From an uncultured Gemmatimonas sp. (GTDB lineage Bacteria > Gemmatimonadota > Gemmatimonadetes > Gemmatimonadales > GWC2-71-9): a stretch of 63,193 nucleotides of DNA. Shown piece by piece: positions 34,471 to 43,668 of the stretch. Both the position numbers and the translations under genes were made by a program. Numbering within the stretch: the first letter of the stretch is position 1; every line of letters starts with the position of its first letter. The notes under the pieces were generated by a model. It saw only the letters and a program-made list of their open reading frames with translations. It did no database searches and had not been told where the DNA came from. The stretch covers positions 1 through 63,193 of the forward strand of contig CAZFSA010000002.1 in the NCBI GenBank assembly GCA_964521535.1, in the 5' to 3' direction.

Positions 34471-34992
34471 GTGACCATCGCCTCTCTCGACCACGCTGCC
34501 ACTCTCCTCGGCGCCGGATTGCTGGCCGGCCTGGCACTGGCCCCCACGAAGGCCGCCATGCGCGAGCAGGACCCGGCGGAACCGTGCTGCAGCATCACGG
34601 CCATCGATGCCTCCAGACGCCAGGTCACCCTGCAGCACAACCAGGGATCCACCACCTTCGAGGTCCTGCTCGCCGCCGGCGCTCAACTCCGACAGCTCCA
34701 GGTGGGCCAGCGGGTGAGCCTCTCCGGCGTGTCGCGGACGCTCGTAGTCCCCCGCGGGGTCTCGCCCCTGCTGCTCCGGGCCGCCACGATTCGCGCGATC
34801 CCGCGCGAGCCAGCCCCGGGTGGCGCGGTGGCGAGCGCCGCGAGCGCGCCGTCCGGCGATTTCCGCCGCTCGCCCGCCACCAAGGGTAGGTGCCCAAGCA
34901 TCAAGGAGACGCCCACCGAGCAGTGCGTGCTCACCCACGACCTGAGCGGCTCCGGCCAGGGATGCGAGTACTACTGCGTCCCGCGCAAGTGA
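34471..34992 (+). CDS. Secreted protein with one PCC-type module and Cys-rich tail
   Basis: GAGGAGG RBS lies 6 nt upstream of GTG 34471. After a hydrophobic N-terminus comes EPCCSITAIDASRRQVTLQHNQGSTTFEVLL...LQVGQRVSL, the same module as in gene 31215-31775. The C-terminal tail carries 4 Cys (CPS...QC...GC..YC). Confidence 0.65.
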   Translation: MTIASLDHAATLLGAGLLAGLALAPTKAAMREQDPAEPCCSITAIDASRRQVTLQHNQGSTTFEVLLAAGAQLRQLQVGQRVSLSGVSRTLVVPRGVSPLLLRAATIRAIPREPAPGGAVASAASAPSGDFRRSPATKGRCPSIKETPTEQCVLTHDLSGSGQGCEYYCVPRK

Positions 34993-34993
34993 C

Positions 34994-35014
34994 CGGCTGA
35001 CGGAACGTCGGCCG
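34994..35014. terminator. Hairpin between convergent genes
   Basis: CGGCTGACG-GAA-CGTCGGCCG forms a 9-bp stem with one G-U pair and a 3-nt loop. It starts 2 nt after the stop at 34992. No U tract. Confidence 0.3.
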
Positions 35015-35065
35015 AGGCTCCGGTGTTCGGCACGTCGAGGGACCCGGAGCGCGCCGCGCGAAGCG

Positions 35066-36751
35066 TCACCGTCGAGTCGAATGCACGACCTCGCCCGCGA
35101 TCACGGTCATCACCGGCGTCGCCGTAAGAATCTCGGCCTCCGGCACCGTCATCAGGTCGCGATCGAAGACGGTCAGGTCCGCCCACTTGCCCGGCTCGAG
35201 GGTGCCCCGGACGTGCTCCTCGAAGGCCGCGTAGGCCGCCCACACCGTGAACATCCTGAGCGCCTGCTCCCGCGTCACCTTCTCCTCAGGATGCCAGAGC
35301 GAATCAGGCCCGGCGTTCCCGCGGATGTCCCGTCGGGCCACCGCCGCGTAGAACTCGATCCGCGGATCGCCCCGTTCCACCGGCGCGTCCGACCCGCCGG
35401 CCACCGGCAACCCGAGCTGAATGAAGCTCTGCCAGGCGTAGGCCCCCGCCAGCCGCCGGGCGCCAAGCCGGGCGGGCGCGAAGTAGAGGTCGCCGATCGC
35501 ATGGGAGGGCTGCATCGAGGGAATCACGTTCAACGTCCGGAACCGGGGAATGTCCGCGGGGCTCACAATCTGCGCATGCTCGATCCGCCACCGCGGCTCC
35601 GCCACCACCCGATCGCCAGCCGGGACCGCGCGGAACGCCCGCTCGTAGAAATTCAGCGTGAGCCGGTTCCCCCGATCGCCGATGGCGTGAGTTTCCACCT
35701 GCACCCCGCGCCGGAGCGCCCGCTCGAGCATCGCCAGGTAGGCGACCGTGTCGGTCGTGAGCAGCCCGCTGGTCGCGCGATCGTCCGAGTACGAATCCAG
35801 GAGCAGCGCGCCCCGGGAGCCCAGGGCGCCATCGATCGCCACCTTGATGGCCCGCACCGTGAGCCGACCGCCGAACTCCCGCGGCCCCGGGCCCAGCGCC
35901 AGGAGCGAGTCCGCGTCGGGGCCGGGACCCCGGATCGCCTGGTAGACCCGGAGCTTCATCCGGCCCTCGCGATAGAGCCGCCGCATCCGGGCCACCTCGT
36001 CCCAGTCGCCCCCGGCGTTCTGGACCTGAGTCCAGCCCCACTCGGCGCTCTTGCGGGCGCCGATCACCAGGGCCGAGTCGCGGTGGGCCTCGTCGGGCGG
36101 GGGGATGTGGCGCGCCACCAGCCCCTGCGCCCGGTCGATCAGCATCCCGGTCAGGTCGCCGCCAGCGTCCTTGTTGAGCGCTCCCCCCTCGGGGGCGGGC
36201 GTCGCGCGGGTGACGCCAGCCAGCTCCAGCGCCCGGGTGTTGACCACCGACGCGTGGCCATCGGCGCGGACCAGGAACACCGGGTGGTTGGGCGCGATGG
36301 CGTCCAGGTCGTGCCGGCTGGGAAACGCCTGCGGCGTCCAGAAGGTCTCGATCCAGCCCCGCCCCACCACCCACTCGCCGGCCGGAGTCTGATCAACCCG
36401 CTCCTTGACCCGGGCCAGGAAGGCCTCCTTGGTATCCGTGCCTTCCAGGTTGAGCACCATCTCCCGCTCACCCACCCCACTCAGGTGGTAATGCGCGTCG
36501 GCCCAACCGGGAAAGACGGTGGCGCCCTCGAGATCCACCACCCGGGTCGCCCGACCCTGGTGCCGCTCGGCATCGGCGCGGCTGCCGACGAACAGAATCG
36601 TCCCGCCCTGGATGGCGACCGCCTCGGCCCGGGGCGCACCGTCCACCCCGGTGTACACGTTGCCGTTGACCAGGAGCAGGTCGGCGGTGGGGGCACCGTC
36701 GCAGCCAACCGCGGCCAGCGCGATCGTCAGAAAAAACAAGGAGGCGCGCAT
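35066..36751 (-). CDS. Amidohydrolase-3 family metal-dependent hydrolase (YtcJ-like), lipoprotein
   Basis: MRASLFFLTIALAAVGC lipobox. Motifs LLVNGNVYTG, FPGWADAHYHL and the C-terminal GSDAPVE are typical of the family. Confidence 0.8.
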   Translation of the reverse strand: MRASLFFLTIALAAVGCDGAPTADLLLVNGNVYTGVDGAPRAEAVAIQGGTILFVGSRADAERHQGRATRVVDLEGATVFPGWADAHYHLSGVGEREMVLNLEGTDTKEAFLARVKERVDQTPAGEWVVGRGWIETFWTPQAFPSRHDLDAIAPNHPVFLVRADGHASVVNTRALELAGVTRATPAPEGGALNKDAGGDLTGMLIDRAQGLVARHIPPPDEAHRDSALVIGARKSAEWGWTQVQNAGGDWDEVARMRRLYREGRMKLRVYQAIRGPGPDADSLLALGPGPREFGGRLTVRAIKVAIDGALGSRGALLLDSYSDDRATSGLLTTDTVAYLAMLERALRRGVQVETHAIGDRGNRLTLNFYERAFRAVPAGDRVVAEPRWRIEHAQIVSPADIPRFRTLNVIPSMQPSHAIGDLYFAPARLGARRLAGAYAWQSFIQLGLPVAGGSDAPVERGDPRIEFYAAVARRDIRGNAGPDSLWHPEEKVTREQALRMFTVWAAYAAFEEHVRGTLEPGKWADLTVFDRDLMTVPEAEILTATPVMTVIAGEVVHSTRR

Positions 36752-36868
36752 CGGAGTTCAGGCGGAAGGGGAACGTGTAGCTTAGCGTGACTCATCAGGC
36801 GGCACAAATCGCGGGCGCGAGCCGGCGCCCCCGTCCGATTACCTTTCGGGCAGGAATTCCGCGGACCG

Positions 36869-37939
36869 GTGGCAGACCCGAACGAGCCCATGACGGCACC
36901 GAGCACCTACCAGCGACTCAAGGCCATCCTCCACGACGTGGTCCCGGACGCCGAGCTCCGCTACAAGGCGGAGCTGGCCGACGAGGTGAACCGGCTCAAG
37001 GCCCAGCGCAACGCCGTCATCCTGGGTCACAACTACATGGAGCCGGCCCTCTTCCACTCGGTCCCCGATTATACCGGCGACTCGCTGGAGCTGTCCCGGA
37101 TCGCGGCCCGCACCGACAGGGACGTGATCGTCTTCTGCGGGGTCCGGTTCATGGCGGAGACGGCCAAGATCCTGAACCCCGCCAAGACCGTCCTGCTCCC
37201 GGCGGCGAAGGCCGGCTGCTCGCTGGCCGCCGGCATCACGGCCGAGGACGTCAGGCAGCTCAAGGCCCGCTACCCCGGCGTGCCGGTGGTGACCTACGTC
37301 AACACCTATGCCGACGTGAAGGCCGAAACCGACGTCTGCTGCACCTCCAGCAACGCGGTGGCCGTGGTCGAGTCGCTGAGCGACGGGCCGGTGATCTTCC
37401 TGCCGGACGAGTACCTGGCGCGGAACGTGGCCCGGGAGACCGGCAGGCCGATCGTCTTCCCCAACCTCGACGACCCGCCCGACATGGCCCGGCTCGACCG
37501 CCATCTGATCGGCTGGCGGGGCCGCTGCGAGGTCCACGAACTCTTCACCGTGGACGACATCCGGACCGCCCGGGCCCAGTTCCCCGACGTGATGGTCCTC
37601 GCCCACCCGGAGTGCAGCCCCGACGTGGTCGAGGCCGCCGACTTCTCCGGCAGCACCACGGCGATGATCCGGAAGGTGGAGCAGTCCGACGCCCCCCGGT
37701 TCCTGATGCTCACCGAGTGCTCCATGGCCGACAACGTGATGGCCGCCAACCCGGGCAAGGAGCTGCTCCGCCTCTGCAGCCACCGCTGCCCCCACATGGC
37801 GGAGATCACCCTGGAGGGGACTCGGGACGCGCTGCTCCACAACCGCTACGTGATCGAGGTGCCCGAGGACATCCGGATCCGGGCCGCTCGTGCCCTGGAG
37901 CGGATGATCGCGATCGGCCCGGTGGGCCGGAAGGACTGA
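36869..37939 (+). CDS. nadA: Quinolinate synthase
   Basis: Motifs ILGHNYM, FCGVRFMAETAKILNP, TYVNT, and the conserved Cys positions of NadA. GTG 36869 or in-frame ATG 36890 could be the start. Confidence 0.9.
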   Translation: MADPNEPMTAPSTYQRLKAILHDVVPDAELRYKAELADEVNRLKAQRNAVILGHNYMEPALFHSVPDYTGDSLELSRIAARTDRDVIVFCGVRFMAETAKILNPAKTVLLPAAKAGCSLAAGITAEDVRQLKARYPGVPVVTYVNTYADVKAETDVCCTSSNAVAVVESLSDGPVIFLPDEYLARNVARETGRPIVFPNLDDPPDMARLDRHLIGWRGRCEVHELFTVDDIRTARAQFPDVMVLAHPECSPDVVEAADFSGSTTAMIRKVEQSDAPRFLMLTECSMADNVMAANPGKELLRLCSHRCPHMAEITLEGTRDALLHNRYVIEVPEDIRIRAARALERMIAIGPVGRKD

Positions 37940-37951
37940 CCCGCCTCCCCC

Positions 37952-39520
37952 ATGCACGATCCCCTCGAGGCCGAGGTCCTGGTAATCGGCTGCGGCATCG
38001 CCGGCGGCACGGTGGCGCTGGAGCTGGCCGACGCCGGCGTGCCGGTCACGGTGGTCACCCGCGCGGCCGATCCCGACGAGTCGAACAGCGCCTACGCCCA
38101 GGGCGGGATCATCTACCGCGCCCCCGGCGACTCACCCGACCTCCTGGCCCGCGACATCGAAGTGGCGGGCGCAGGACACTGCCAACCCCGGGCCGTCCGG
38201 ATCCTGGCCGAGGAGGGACCACCACTGGTGGAGCGGATCCTGGTGGAGCGAGTCGCGGTGCCGTTCGATCGCGACGCGAGCGGCGGTCTGGCGCTGGTAC
38301 TGGAGGGCGGCCACAGCCTGCCCCGGATCGTCCACGCGGCCGACGCGACCGGCAAGGTGATCGTCGACGCCCTGATGGCGGTGCTCGCCGCCCATCCCAA
38401 CGTCACCCTCCTCCCCGGCTACACCGCGATCGACCTCCTGACGCCCTCGCACCAGGGCCTCGACCGCCACGCGGTGTACGATCCGCCCTCCTGCGTCGGC
38501 GCCTACCTCTTCGAGCAGACCACCGGACGGGTGATCCGCTGCATCGCCCGCCAGACCGTGCTCGCCACCGGCGGGCTGGGCCAGATCTTTCTCGGCACCA
38601 CCAACCCGCCCGGCGCGCGGGGCGACGGGGTGGCGATGGCCAACCGGGCCGGGGCGCGGGTGATCAACCTGGAGTTCATCCAGTTTCACCCCACCACCTT
38701 CTTCCGGACCGGCGCGCCCAGCTTTCTCATCTCCGAGGCGGTGCGGGGCGACGGGGCCCGGCTTTGCCACGCCGACGGCAAGCCGTTCATGGAGCGCTAC
38801 GATCCGGAGCGAAAGGACCTAGCCCCGCGCGACGTGGTCGCCCGGAGCATCTACCGCGAGATGCTGGCCCGTGACCTCCCCAACGTGTACCTCGACCTCC
38901 GGTCCTACATTCCGGAGGCCCGGATCCGGGAGCACTTCCCCAACATCCTCCGGGCCTGCGCCGACTGGGGCGTGGACATCACCCGGGATCTGGTGCCGGT
39001 GCGTCCCGGCGCCCACTACGCCTGCGGCGGGCTCTGGGTGGACGAGTGGGGCCGGACCACGATCGACCGGCTCTACGCGGTGGGCGAGGTGTCCTGTACC
39101 GGGGTGCACGGCGCCAATCGCCTGGCCAGCACCGGCCTCCTGGAGGGGCTGGTCTGGGGCGTGCGGGCAGCGCGCCACATCCGGGAGACCCGTCCCTCGC
39201 GCCAACCCCATCCGGCCAGCGACATCCCGCCCTGGAAGGTGGAGGCCACCCAGCCGCCGGACCCGGCCCTGCTGGCCCAGGACCTGAGCGTGATCCAGCA
39301 CGTCATGTGGCACTATGTGGGTCTGGTCCGGACCACCCGGCGACTGGAGCGCGCGGTGCGGGAACTCCGGCACCTGGAGACCGAGATCGAGCAGTTCTAT
39401 CGCCAGAGCTCGCTCACCGACGACCTGATCGGGCTCCGGAACGCGGTCCGGACCGCGATGATCGTGACGATGGCAGCGTGGCAGAACCGGACCAGCATGG
39501 GGTGCCACTACCGGGAGTAG
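37952..39520 (+). CDS. nadB: L-aspartate oxidase
   Basis: FAD dinucleotide fold VLVIGCGIAGG. NadB/succinate-dehydrogenase flavoprotein-like motifs are present (AQGGI, FIQFHPT, RPGAHYACGG, GANRLASTGLLEG). The gene starts 12 nt after nadA. Confidence 0.9.
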   Translation: MHDPLEAEVLVIGCGIAGGTVALELADAGVPVTVVTRAADPDESNSAYAQGGIIYRAPGDSPDLLARDIEVAGAGHCQPRAVRILAEEGPPLVERILVERVAVPFDRDASGGLALVLEGGHSLPRIVHAADATGKVIVDALMAVLAAHPNVTLLPGYTAIDLLTPSHQGLDRHAVYDPPSCVGAYLFEQTTGRVIRCIARQTVLATGGLGQIFLGTTNPPGARGDGVAMANRAGARVINLEFIQFHPTTFFRTGAPSFLISEAVRGDGARLCHADGKPFMERYDPERKDLAPRDVVARSIYREMLARDLPNVYLDLRSYIPEARIREHFPNILRACADWGVDITRDLVPVRPGAHYACGGLWVDEWGRTTIDRLYAVGEVSCTGVHGANRLASTGLLEGLVWGVRAARHIRETRPSRQPHPASDIPPWKVEATQPPDPALLAQDLSVIQHVMWHYVGLVRTTRRLERAVRELRHLETEIEQFYRQSSLTDDLIGLRNAVRTAMIVTMAAWQNRTSMGCHYRE

Positions 39521-39565
39521 GTAACCGGGGCGGTGGCCTTCCCGGTTCGAGGTCGCCGCACCGCG

Positions 39566-40201
39566 CTACAGCCGAGCGGCCAGCGTGACCCCCAGCCCAA
39601 AGGACCGGTATTGGGAATCGATCAGCACCGCCCGCCTCGGTCCGCCGACCGAGGTGCGCCAGTACCCGGTCGGGCGCAGCTCCAGCCGGCGCCCTGCCGG
39701 GATGGCCCAAGCCCCCGCGAGGTACAGGGCGGGCGCGGTGGCCGCGCCCCCTGATTCCGACGGGCCGGCCGCGATGGACACGTTCGATTTCTGTCGATAC
39801 CGGAGCGCCCCGGCACCGACCCCGACGCGCAGGCCCAGCGAAGGCAGCGGCGCGACGGCGAGGGTCGCGAGGCCGGTCAACAGCTCATGCCCCTGCGGAG
39901 GATGGTGCCAGAGGGCGAGACTCAGCCCGAGCTCGATGTGGCCGCTCACGGGTACCCAGGTGCTGAGCTGGACTTCGATACCCGTCCGTCCCTCCGCCAG
40001 CCTGGAGCCCGTGACCGGCAAGCGGCCCGCCCTGATCACGCGTCCCGCCGCGAGACCTACGCCCAGAACCGGCCCTCGTCCGGGCGACTCGGGCAGGCTT
40101 CCTTCGAGGGTCTGCGCCGCGAGGCCACTCGCCCCAACCCCGACCGCGACCAAGACGCCGGCGATCGCGGCACGTGCTGCCGCCCAGGACGCAGGGCACA
40201 C
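39566..40201 (-). CDS. Outer-membrane beta-barrel-like hypothetical protein
   Basis: Signal-like N-terminus (AIAGVLVAVGVGASGLAAQ) and alternating beta-strand pattern. No family motif recognised. Confidence 0.45.
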   Translation of the reverse strand: MCPASWAAARAAIAGVLVAVGVGASGLAAQTLEGSLPESPGRGPVLGVGLAAGRVIRAGRLPVTGSRLAEGRTGIEVQLSTWVPVSGHIELGLSLALWHHPPQGHELLTGLATLAVAPLPSLGLRVGVGAGALRYRQKSNVSIAAGPSESGGAATAPALYLAGAWAIPAGRRLELRPTGYWRTSVGGPRRAVLIDSQYRSFGLGVTLAARL

Positions 40202-40275
40202 CGGCGATGCCAGTCCACGGAAACGCCTCCCATCATAGCCTCCGCCTGCCGGCCCATGGAGCCACTCCTGTGCGG

Positions 40276-41671
40276 CTACTGGGGACAGTCCGTGCTAATC
40301 GATGTGACCGTCACGAATTTCGTGGCAGTGCCGCGGTAAGACTGCCCAGCGGTCGACGCCTCAACGAAGATGGTCCCGGAGTTCGGACGCGTCGTCCGCA
40401 GCGAATCCGCCGTCGTGAGCAACACGTCGACCCAGTTGAACTGCCACCGATAGACGAAGGGCCCGCCTCCGCCGGATACTGTCGCACGCCAGGTGCAGAG
40501 CGACCCGAACTTCACCGTGGACCGACCGACTACGTTCACCGTCAAGGGATTCGCCGGGTAGAGGTAGCCGACGTTGAGCAGCCGGCCCGTGGTACCGGGG
40601 CCTGGATAGCTGATCCGCTGAGGAAGAGCAGCGGACGTTATAGACGCGGTCACCTGGCCCGGGCTGTTGCTGGGCCAGGCTTGGAGGTGCATCGCGGCGG
40701 CGCCGGCAACATGAGGCGCCGAAATCGAACTACCGCCCCCGGTGACCACCTGGTTGCCGCTGGTGTCGATCGAGATGACCCCATGGCCGGGGGCGAACAG
40801 GTCTACACAAGCCCCGTAGTTGGAGATAGGGGTCCTGGCGTCTGACGAGGTGCTGCTCGCGACCGTAAGCGCGGCCGCCACTCCCCCCGGCGACGTGTTA
40901 GCGCATTGATCCTGCCCGTTCAGCACCGCTCTTGTTGCCTGTCAAGCTGATATTGACGACAGCGGGGCGCTGCGCGAACTGCGTGACCCAGTTCACAGCG
41001 TCAATCACTGGTTCCCAGTCACCGCCCCCACCAACACCCCCTTCGCAACCAATCGCCCGCAACGCAACTACACTCGCGGCCTTGGCGACACCGACGGCCG
41101 AGCCAGCAGCGACCGCCGCGACGCTCGTCCCATGACCGTGGCAATCTCGAGACTCTGTGGTGGGTGTGATGAAATCGGGACCGCGACTGGCCCTGCCACC
41201 AAACTCGGAGAGCGTTTCGATGATTCCAGTATCAATCACATACACGTAAACCCCGGCGCCAGTACGCCCGTACATGTACGAGCCATCCAGTGGAAGCAGG
41301 TACTGGTCAATCCGATCCAGTCCCCACGATGGTACCGGGTTCTGCTCTGTCGCGATCCGCACGCCGGCGGAGTCCAATCGCTCCACAAGAAGAACCTCAG
41401 GCCGGCTCTTGAGCCGGCTGGCGGCGGAATCGGTAAGCATTGACGAAAAGCCCCGAATGGCGTGGCTCCAGATGCGCCTGGGGGTAGCGCCCTCGGACTC
41501 TGCCAGCGCGTTGGCCATCAACGCAACGTCGCCTACCATCGAGTCTCGAAAGAGAACGGCGAACTTGTGGGCTTCTTCAGTCTGACGGCCATCCTGGGCA
41601 GCCCAGATCGTGCCCCGACGAGAATCCAGCGCGTCGGCACCGTGTGCGCGTCGCGTCGGCGCGACCCCCAC
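40276..41671 (-). pseudogene. Disrupted subtilisin-like (S8, proteinase-K-type) serine protease gene
   Basis: Two overlapping ORFs lie in different frames.
- 40898..41671 carries an I9-like propeptide, the Asp box YVIDTGI and the His box HGHGTSVA.
- 40276..40926 carries the Asn region and the Ser box GGSSISAPHVAG, plus a C-terminal extension.
The frame switch is at about 40898-40926, and about 20 aa normally found between the SLGG-like box (NISLTG) and the Asn box appear to be missing. There is no signal peptide. Hand-counted G+C is 52-60% in lines 41161-41280. Confidence 0.7.
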
Positions 41672-41678
41672 GGGCGCT

Positions 41679-42224
41679 TCAGTGCACCTTGCTCAGCAGC
41701 TTCCCGGCCAGCCCCGCGAACTTCGTCTGGGCGCTGGGCACCAGCGCCAGGTTCACCTCGAACAGCACGTCATCCTTGAGCACCAGCGACGGCAGCAGCT
41801 CGCTGAAGTAGGCGGCGTCACCGATGCCCGGTACCAGTCCCTGGCTGACGACGCTATCGATGGCGACGCCCTCGGCCCGCTGCATCGCCCGGTTGCCGAG
41901 CCCCTGGGCGGTGCGCCAGGTCTCCCATTGCTCCTTGCCACCCGACCAGTAGGCGGTGAGGCTCACGGCGGTGGTGCCGTCGCCCGTCTGCCACTCGCAG
42001 GTGGACCAGGTGTCGCCGGCCTCGGTCTGGTCGGCCATCACGATCGGGACCCCGACCAGGGCGGACACGTCTTCGTGAGTCAGGAGGTGGCAGGCATTCC
42101 GGTCCTGGCCGGCGGCGGCCTCGGCCCCCGGAGAGCCGGCTTCGCCACCGGATGCTCCCTGACCACATCCCGCACCGCTCAGCGTCAAAGCAAGGGTCAG
42201 TGCACTCCACCTGCGGACCGTCAT
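41679..42224 (-). CDS. Lipoprotein of unknown function
   Basis: Trimmed to ATG 42224 ([21 protein letters not shown] lipobox). 181 aa with balanced composition. Confidence 0.6.
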   Translation of the reverse strand: MTVRRWSALTLALTLSGAGCGQGASGGEAGSPGAEAAAGQDRNACHLLTHEDVSALVGVPIVMADQTEAGDTWSTCEWQTGDGTTAVSLTAYWSGGKEQWETWRTAQGLGNRAMQRAEGVAIDSVVSQGLVPGIGDAAYFSELLPSLVLKDDVLFEVNLALVPSAQTKFAGLAGKLLSKVH

Positions 42225-42449
42225 CGGCACCTCCGCTTCGGTCGGCGGAGCGAGATGCTCCACCAGGTAATGAGGCGACGGCGGACGTGGCCGGCCCGAG
42301 TTGTCCGTCAGGCCCCCGGTAGAGCCCCAGACCGCCGGCGTCCCTGCTCGTTCGAGATGGCTCCGGGCTTGACAGCTCCCCCCACCCAACGAGTTATCGT
42401 GGCGGGTGGAGTTCCGTTCCTCGAGCTAAAGTAAGGAAGGAGGAGTGGG

Positions 42450-43668
42450 ATGCAATGGCGTCCGGCAGTCCTGGCCCCAGGGGTGAGCCTGATGCTCCTC
42501 GGCAGCAGTCCGTCGAAGCCGCTGGTTGTCTCCGCCTGGTTCGGGACGCCCACCGCTCTCGCCCAGACCCGCGCCGGCGGAGTCAAGTGGCCGCGGTTCG
42601 CCGTCCCCACCACCCGACTCCTCGCCGAACAGGTGCGCGGCGTTCCCGCAGTGCGGATCGGCCCGTCGCCCACCCAGGAGTACACGCTATGGCACGGTAT
42701 CGCCGGCGCCGTCCGGATGCCCGACGGGACGCTGGCTGTCTTCGATGCCGGGAACTTCCGGATGGTGCTGTTCGACGGCCAGGGCCGATTCCTGCGCGCC
42801 GCTGGCCGCGAGGGCGACGCGCCCGGCATCCATGCCTGGCTCACGTTCCTCCATCCCTCCGGAGCGGTGGACACGACCATCGCCCTGCCCGCGGGGCACC
42901 AACTTCGATCAACTGCTCTGGTGCTCCCGCACCGGCCGCCTCCTGATGCTGCTCAACCGGCTGGCGCCGACGCCGGCGGGGGCGCCGCCGCACCGCACGG
43001 TGCCAACCCACCTGGTCGCGGCCGGTGACGGCCGGATCGACACCCTCGCCACGGTGGGTAGGCAGCAGTACTTCGTTGGCGGGAACCCGCGGGCCTCGTC
43101 GACTGTGCCCCTTGGCACCGCCACGCTTGCGGCCGGCGGGCGGACTCGGGTGTACACCTGCGATGGCCACGAGGCCACATGCGCGTCATACGACACCACC
43201 GGCGCCCGCCGTAGCGAGTTCGTGCTGCCGCTCGTTCGCCTCAAGATGACCGGTGGGCACTGGCGGGCCGCCGTGCGCGAGCACCTGCTCGAGGACCCCA
43301 CTCGGTGGGCTCGTCCCATCCTGGAGAAGGTGCTGAACGAGGTCCCACCGCCCCGAGTCCTGCCCCTGATCGATCGGGTGCGGGTGGACGCCGACGATAA
43401 CCTCTGGGCTCGGACACTCGACAACTACCTCTCGCCGGTCGCCACCTGGGTGGTGGTGTCGCCCGAGGGCCGCCTTCTCCGCCTGGTCGCGACCCCCCGA
43501 CCGCTCCTGCTCCGGGACCTCGGCCCGGACTACCTCCTCGGCGTCACCGAGGATCAGGACGGGGTGGAGGAAGTCCAGCTGTACCGCCGGCCCGGTGCCG
43601 ATGGCGTCAGCGGATCAGGTACCAGGCCTCCTGCCGCGGCTGGAAGAAGCGCCAGCCGTCCTCGGTGA
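42450..43668 (+). pseudogene. Frameshifted 6-bladed beta-propeller (NHL-like) family gene
   Basis: The N-terminal part is in frame 3 (42450 to about 42897: ...MPDGTLAVFDAGNFRMVLFDGQGRFLRAAGREGDAPG...). The sensible continuation is in frame 1 from about 42898 (TNFDQLLWCSRTGRLLMLLNR ... DNLWARTLD ... YLLGVTEDQDGVEEVQLYR). The switch coincides with a GGGG run at 42893-42896. Confidence 0.6.
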
